A stretch of 64,000 bases of DNA from Trichoplax sp. H2. Its lineage: Eukaryota. A program made the position numbers and the translations under genes. This document shows, piece by piece, positions 56,393-64,000 of the stretch. A model generated the notes under the pieces. It made no database searches and was not told the DNA's origin. It worked only from the letters and a program-made list of their open reading frames with translations. The stretch covers positions 434,001 through 498,000 of the forward strand of contig NOWV01000032.1 of NCBI GenBank assembly GCA_003344405.1, in the 5' to 3' direction. How positions within the stretch are numbered: the stretch's first letter is position 1; every line of letters begins with the position of its first letter.

Positions 56393-58634
56393 CTGTTTCT
56401 TTATTTCGGCTCTAAAAGAACGATCAGCAACGAAGGAATAGCAATTGAAATAATATATAGGGACACATACAGTACAGTAGCTCTTAGGAAAGTAAAGTTA
56501 ATGTCAGTAATGTATCACCAATAAAAATAAATAACATAATATAAAATAGAGGAGATCAAATAGGTCATTGAATAGTTCGTGTAAAAAACATGTCGACTCA
56601 TCGATTACTGTGCCAAAAAACGTTCGCAAAAAACCAATCTGACTAACTGCATATGTCATCTAGCCTTTTAATACCTAGTGGATTGCTGAGAAATTGCATT
56701 ATCAGTTACTGAGGATTGCGAGAGATTTGTCTCTTCCATATAATAAATTTACGATGGCAAACGATACAATTGCCCCGAGTTCAGTTCACTTCAGCCGTTG
56801 CCATCCAACAATGGCGGTTACCGTATTGTACTAACGAAAAATTCTCCATGCATGTTTATGGCTGGGGGGGGGGGTTTTATATGGAAAGGCTCTACGTGAC
56901 ATCTTATCACGTGCTACTCACCGTGAACCGCCAAAATCATAAAAATGCAGCATTGTACTGTACGACGTACGATACAGTAGGTATAGTACAGTACTGTACA
57001 ATGCTGTTCTCGTCTTGTTCCTTTTTTGAGCCAGAATTTAAAACGATGATGCAGTCAAATTAAAGAGTTATTTAAAGTACTGTACAGTACTGTATTGGAC
57101 ACTGTACTGTACAGCAGCTCGGTTACACACAGTGCAGTACAGTACTGTAGCTCGGAGTCGGCTTTGAAGCCGTAATAATGTACAGTATTGTACAGTACAG
57201 TGCTGTACGATACTGTACGACTCCGATACTTTTTGTTACTGATTGTGAAAAGTACTGTACTCACTAGGCGGGATACTGTACACAGTGTACTGTACTGTAC
57301 TGTACAGTATCTGATACTCAGTGGTTTTGTGGCTGCAACACTGTACTGTACAGTGTACAGTACAGCAATCAGTTTGTTACTGATAGTGAAAGAAAGAGAA
57401 AAGTATAGTACAGTACAGTATGACGTACCTTAGAGACCCTCTGTACGGAATTGGCGCCTCTTACTCTACAGTACCGTACAGTACAGCAAATGGTCATACA
57501 GTTTAATACTGTACTGTACTGTACAGTACAGTACANNNNNNNNNNNNNNNNNNNNAAACAGTAGATATATTGGTAGCATTCATCTGTTTCTTTATTTCGG
57601 CTCTAAAAGAACGATCAGCAACGAAGGAATAGCAATTGAAATAATATATAGGGACACATACAGTACAGTAGCTCTTAGGAAAGTAAAGTTAATGTCAGTA
57701 ATGTATCACCAATAAAAATAAATAACATAATATAAAATAGAGGAGATCAAATAGGTCATTGAATAGTTCGTGTAAAAAACATGTCGACTCATCGATTACT
57801 GTGCCAAAAAACGTTCGCAAAAAACCAATCTGACTAACTGCATATGTCATCTAGCCTTTTAATACCTAGTGGATTGCTGAGAAATTGCATTATCAGTTAC
57901 TGAGGATTGCGAGAGATTTGTCTCTTCCATATAATAAATTTACGATGGCAAACGATACAATTGCCCCGAGTTCAGTTCACTTCAGCCGTTGCCATCCAAC
58001 AATGGCGGTTACCGTATTGTACTAACGAAAAATTCTCCATGCATGTTTATGGCTGGGGGGGGGGTTTTTATATGGAAAGGCTCTACGTGACATCTTATCA
58101 CGTGCTACTCACCGTGAACCGCCAAAATCATAAAAATGCAGCATTGTACTGTACGACGTACGATACAGTATTTTGAGCCAGAATTTAAAACGATGATGCA
58201 GTCAAATTAAAGAGTAATTTAAAGTACTGTACAGTACTGTATTGGACACTGTACAGTGTACAGTACAGCAGCTCGGTTACACACAGTACAGTACAGTACT
58301 GTAGCTCGGAGTCGGCTTTGAAGCCGCAATAATGTATTGTACAGTACAGTACACTGTAGCTCATGATGTACTGTACTGTACGACTCCGATACTTTTTGTT
58401 ACTGATTGTGAAAAGTACAGTACTGTACTCACTAGGCGGGATACTGTACTGTACAGTACAGCAATCAGTTTGTTACTGATAGTGAAAGAAAGAGAAAAGT
58501 ACAGTACAGTATGATGTACCTTTAGAGACCCTCTGTACGGAATTGGCGCCTCTTACTCTACAGTACCGTACAGTACAGCAAATGGTCATACAGTTTAATA
58601 CTGTGCTGTACTGTACACTGTACAGTACAGTACA
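56365..58634. other. Near-identical duplicated segment flanking an N gap (56365-57535 vs 57556-~58634); probable uncollapsed alleles
   Basis: Both copies start AAACAGTAGATATATTGG; 20 N at 57536-57555; identical 89-aa shadow ORF start in both. Differences are concentrated in GTACW tracts. Confidence 0.9.
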
Positions 58635-58682
58635 CTATGGTACGAAAATTGTAAACTGAGAATTTTACTATACTGTACTGTG
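56954..58682. repeat. GTACW satellite tracts upstream of the BET gene (present in both copies)
   Basis: Numerous GTACA/GTACT runs at 56954-57535 and 58145-58682. Confidence 0.9.
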
Positions 58683-59087
58683 TCTGTTAACTTAAACTAT
58701 ACGAAAACAATATTGAAAATTTAATTTACTTGTACTACTACTGATCAGAATATTCTATTATATAAATACAGTACGCGTACATGGGGATAACAATTATGAT
58801 TAATTAAACTGTAGAGTAAAGTAACAAGCACAAGTATAGTACGCGAAGTATAACGAGACAGGCATCTGCTACGCTCAGCTGTAATAAATATATGTACAGT
58901 TATACTCTTCCCTTTCTTCTGTAAAAATAAATAATTATTACTTAACGGAAAGCAGTGAGATTTCTACGGGTTTCAGCAAGTTATATAATAATTACTGTAC
59001 TCGTAACCTTGTTACATCGTCTAAAATACTGTGAAATACTCTTTTTTGGGAGTAAAAATATCGCAAATAGCTTAGCAAAGTCGTTTA

Positions 59088-59378
59088 TGCACAAAACATA
59101 TAAGCGTATTTGTATATCACGAATCTGCATCAATTGTAATTGTTAGTCACAATGTCAATTCCTTAATAGTTTCCTTCGACAAAAAGCAAAGCTTCATTCA
59201 GGATTTATATCTTATTGCACTTTTAATATACGTGCACAAAATATATTCGCGTATTTGTATATCACGAATCTGCATCAATTGCAATTGTTAGTCACATTGT
59301 CAATTCGTTAATAGTTTCCTTCAACAAAAAGCAAAGCTTCACTCAGCATTTATATCTTATTCCAATTTCAATATACGT
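59088..59378. repeat. Diverged tandem duplication, ~145-bp unit, 2 copies
   Basis: GCGTATTTGTATATCACGAATCTGCATCAATTG at 59104 and 59249, with several substitutions between copies and no gap between them. Confidence 0.9.
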
Positions 59379-59949
59379 ATTTGATATTTAGCATAATACT
59401 CTACACTACAATTAATTCCGAGCTAATACAGTACTACATTTTAAACTGATAGCTATCAACGATTCGTCATTCTGTAGGTCACCAAACAGATACCAAAATA
59501 CATAACCTACACCCAGAATCACATATAAAATACCAAGGTTCTACTATGTTGTGCGACGTTTGCTCGTGAATTATACAACTGGATTCGTACCCATGCGAAT
59601 ACTAGATTAGTAAGTAGTTATAGGTAAAATACTGCCATCATTTGCTAAAATATTAAAATTGTTATAAGATGTCGGTAATATGAGCCAAGGTAGATAGAAA
59701 TAGCAAATTAGGTAAATAGGATGACGAATTTATAATGGTCACATTCATAAAATTGTTACATAATTTAAAATAAAATTCATAAATTCATAACTATTTTAGC
59801 AGGCGAAGAACAAATATCATAACTGTAATCGTTAAACGCATTTATCTAAGAAAGAAATACTGCATACGAATATATTTACAACAGTTAATATAGCTCCTGG
59901 TATTGGGCAGTCTAAATGGGATTTCAAGGAAGATCAGTTTCGTAGTTGG

Positions 59950-62900
59950 TTATGTATCATTGATTTCCTCATCACTACCGCCAATAGCGTTCCAAAACGC
60001 TATTGCTACCTAAAATGCAGACATCAACGCATTGTTTACAATTAAATAGCGAGTATGTAATTTATACACATTAGGCAATTGTTGTTTGCCAGCTAAGCAT
60101 ACAGTATAATAATTAATTATATACTACGGTACTTTTGCTGCGTATTCTTTTCTTAATTCAGATGGCAGCGAACCCGCGTAATCTAGCCATACGGATAAAC
60201 GTAAAACATAATACACGAATTAATTAATCATTGAGTATTCCTTAGCACGTAATATAATTAGATTTCGGGTAAAAATAATGCTACAGCTATAAAATAACCT
60301 TTCATATCTTTCATCCTATTGAACAAAGTTTCAAAACTTTCTGTTTCAACTCCCGTGTCGCTACATTCTTCAGCTTCATGAGACCTACTCGGTAGCACGA
60401 TATCTATAGAGAAAGCAGCTCGTTAGCATCGCTAAGATATCACAATTTAAGAACAGAAAGTTCTTGAACTAAAATTGACTTAAGCTAACCTATACAATGA
60501 ACTTCTAGTAAAGTATCTTACGTTAAGTATTTATTGCTGTCATACAGTATCATACGTTCATAGCACTTACTGCTTCGTGCAAAGTTAGAGTTACTATCGT
60601 TAACGCTTTTGGTTGAAGTGAGTTCATTATCATTATCAATAGGATCATTTCTACGACAGAAAGAATCTGTCGTTTGCTGTAGGTCATTAGAGTTTATACA
60701 AGTCCACTGGCAACATTCGAGCGCTTCTAGTATTCGACTAATGCCGAAACTTTCATTTTCTATTGAATAAGGAATATGGCAATTGTAAGTGTGTTGTAAC
60801 AAGTAACACTACGAGCACTTAATCATCATAACGTGTTGACCTCATAGCTTATGAAGAAACAAAGCGCACATTTTTCGTTGATTACGAACTACTAGGGTGA
60901 GAAATGTGTTTCATTACTATAATACTCTGCAATGTCTGCTTCTGACTGATTGTAAGATAATTTTCATGTACTGCATTGCAAATTGCAAGGGTTTCTCTTA
61001 TTGATAAAAATTTAACTATTAGTGACAAATAAGTTAATATTTTTAAGCGTAAAATTGCATTACCAATACATGCGTATATAAATAGTAACGTATTTCATCT
61101 GGCGTTTTGCGCTTTAGTACGATGTAATATACAATCATGATTAGATTACAGTGTAGTAATACCGTGCAGAATTCTCTTCACTACTTTTACTGGAAAGTAT
61201 GGTAATTCTCAAATGCTTCATTAGGTTCGATTAATTCTTTTAGCCCTGACGGTGTCCTAAATTGTATCTGAACGATAAATAGAACTTTTAACTTCGCTTT
61301 TTTAAAGTATGAATTTACGTTGAAGGTATGCAATACTGGTAAAGAGCTAATTGCAATGTAAAGAATTTTAACTTAAAACATAGATCATCTTTGATCCATC
61401 AAGTTGTTCATTGAATTCGCAAATCTCGATTGCTCGGGTTTACAGTACATCTTTGCATTAGGTTAAAAATAATCTCTACGCGTATAACGATCTTCACAAT
61501 TTATCTCAGTGATAAAAATTTACTTCACGGAATTCTGCATAATATCATAATTTGATATAGTTGGCACTAACGTAAAGATCAAGAGTGACAGTATCGCAGA
61601 CAATAAATTTAAAATTCAGCCCTACCCTCGTCAGTATTGATGTGTTGATCTTCAGGAAATGGATTTGCCGGAATGCATACCAATTCGAATTCATTCTCAA
61701 TACTCCAACACTCGATGTTTCTTTCTTAAATTATGATAAAAATGAATATTTGTGTTTGTTAATACCTTCAAGAAACTTTGAATTACGATGGTATCGTTAA
61801 ATTTCGTTTAAATAACAATTAAAATTATTGTATGTATATCGACAACTTTGACCATTTTTACATGCCGTATACAGTAATTATAGTATTTACATGAATCACG
61901 TAAGACTGTAAGTGTAAAATAACGAATTTATATATATCGTAGAGCATAACACAGAATTAAATTACAGCATTTAGTGATCATATTTCTGAGTATCAATAGT
62001 AACCTTCGGAGGTAGGGCAAGCCACTATTTTTACAGATAGATCAAGATCCCTGCAAAAGGACGCCCACTTAGAGGCACTTTTCATGCAATCTGACTAAAA
62101 AGTAGCAAGAGTAAACGCTCACATTATATTATTGCTATACTATGAATTTGAAATCAAACATGGTAAGGTAGCATCATTAATTATTACAGCAATATGATAC
62201 CACTTAAGTTATACCGTACACTTTTATTATCAACGAAAAGGATTAATGCTTGAAAAACTTTTGTAAGATTTGATTCTTGAAATATCGTAGGGTCTGACTG
62301 AGTTGTCCATTGCACACCAACAGACGCTGAATAGTACTTCGTCTTTAACTGCCACAGATATTGCTCCGTAGGATGAGCATTACCAATAGCCTCGAAGCTC
62401 CACCGGTGCTCAAAGAAATCTAATCGTTTATATATTTACAGTTAATATTAATAATAATATTCGTTGCATTTCAACGGCACTTACAGTGCAATATCTGATC
62501 ACACTGTTACAGAGTACTGTGCAGTTTACGGAGGTGAGATGTGATTACTTTTAAATTAAATGAGTCACATCTATAGAGTCTTAACTCTATGGCCACATCA
62601 CTTCATGTAGTGCATAAGTAAGGGTCTACTGTGCGGCTATAAATAAATTTTATTTCACTGTACTGTGCCAAGGGCCTCTAAGAAGTTCCTGGTTTTACTG
62701 CAGATCAAAGTGATCAGCAAGATGCAAAAGAGCTAAGGTTGTCCTTGCAATACGGTAGTGTTTGTCATTTATTACTATCGTAAATTAATAATTACTGTAA
62801 TATGAAACGTGTTTCACCTTTAAATATATTTTCTCGGGTATATGAGTCAGACAACGAAATCAGCAGAACGTTATTCACCGTATCCATTAAGGAGGCAAAG

Positions 62901-62969
62901 TTGAAAGTGCTTGTTCATCTACCAAAACAATACCACCGCTATGACTGCAATTTTTAACTGTGTGTTCAT
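59950..62969 (-). CDS. AAGAB: Alpha- and gamma-adaptin-binding protein p34, multi-exon; start tentative
   Basis: YLWQLKTKYYSASV, FQALILFVD, WCIENEFELVCI, ESFGISRILEALECCQW, ESFETLFNRMKDMK, LPSELRKEYAAK and VAIAFWNAIGGSDEE* match p34 conserved blocks. Confidence 0.85.
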
Positions 62970-63046
62970 GATATGTAGAAATGATACGAATACACCAGGT
63001 CTTCCCTAGGGTCTCTGGCTCTCAGCTAAAGCTTTCACATGTGAAT

Positions 63047-63713
63047 GTACTGTACTGTACAGTACTGTACAGTTCAGGGACTTCTTCTTATTTTTTACCA
63101 AGGTAAAGTGCAGTAAAGTGTACAGTACACTCTTGTGTAAGGTCTTACAGCACTGCTGTAGTGTGCACTACTGTGCAGTGTACACTAGTGTCCACTGTCC
63201 GTGCACCAGTGAAATTATTATGGCTTCCGCCTAATTATAGATTTATATGCCATGATTAAATCGCTCTAGGTGAGTTTTAAGACAGCCAAACTAATTGCTT
63301 TTTTTTTTTTGGGGGGGGGAGGATTTGGCCATATTAAGGTCTTAAATGTTAAATTTATTATTTCTATTTTTTTTTAGGGTGCTTTTTCATTTTGTGACCG
63401 CCGATTTCCAGGATTGGCCGTTTCGATGCGATCTACAGTACGCGTGCACTGTAGTGACTGTACAGTACAGTACCATTGACAATCTGAACTACAGTACACA
63501 GTACTGTACTGTACAATACAGTACTGTACAGTACAACTGCTGCGGTTACAGTACTGTACTGTACAGTACAGTACAATGTGAGTCAAACATTTTTACGCAC
63601 GAGTTATACTGTACAGTACAGTACAGTACAGTACTGTACAGTACTACAGTACAATGTCTGTACACAGTACAGTGTACAGTATGTAGCATCGTTATATTGT
63701 ATTGTACGATACA
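63047..63713. repeat. GTACW satellite tracts upstream of AAGAB
   Basis: Tracts at 63047-63073, 63118-63185 and 63435-63713. Confidence 0.9.
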
Positions 63714-64000
63714 GTTATTAGCGTTGGGTAGGAGATGAACTGGTCCTTTGGCTCTGGCTCGTGCATCTCGGTTTGACTGGGAAGAAAAATGGTGCGTAGT
63801 GGTGAACACATATTAACATAGCAATTAGTCAAATATCTTTGCCATCGTAAGAAAGAATTTCGATTAATCACCGTAAAAGATGTAATTAGGATGGTTTCTA
63901 CTTGAAATAGCTATTTTTTATATACTCCGTCAAGATACTTAATTCAGCGATAAAGTCAATGAGAGCATTTCTTCATGGATTTTGTGTTATGCTGGAGATT

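Noticed and set aside
56954..57535. CRISPR-like repeat-spacer appearance of GTACW tracts with unique spacers
   Set aside because: Repeat and spacer lengths are irregular, there are no cas genes, and the context is eukaryotic and intron-containing.
56716..58176. Duplicated ORF MREICLFHIINL... (115 and 89 aa)
   Set aside because: Antisense to the BET 5' region, TTG start, duplicated only because of the allelic overlap at the gap, and its C-termini differ through repeat indels.

Overview
AT-rich, intron-rich animal genomic DNA with short GT-AG introns and two 20-N scaffold gaps. It is most consistent with a placozoan (Trichoplax-like) genome; this is inferred from gene content, compactness and the pentanucleotide satellite. 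About 11 protein-coding genes can be read: an unknown low-complexity gene, a spinster-like MFS transporter, RABGEF1/Rabex-5, CCDC57, an iRhom (RHBDF), an FNBP1/CIP4 F-BAR-HR1-SH3 protein, an intronless GT31 glycosyltransferase, a COUP-TF-like nuclear receptor, an orphan secreted coiled-coil protein, a BET double-bromodomain protein and AAGAB/p34. Two non-coding signals stand out. (i) A (GTAC[A/T])n palindromic-core satellite is concentrated at gene 5' ends and divergent promoters, and varies strongly in length between the apparent allelic copies at the gaps. (ii) Two dense clusters of nuclear-receptor AGGTCA elements (six ERR/NR5A-type TNAAGGTCA, plus DR0, DR3, DR5 and IR1 arrangements) lie directly upstream of the COUP-TF-like gene. 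Exon boundaries were read by eye, so some termini are tentative.
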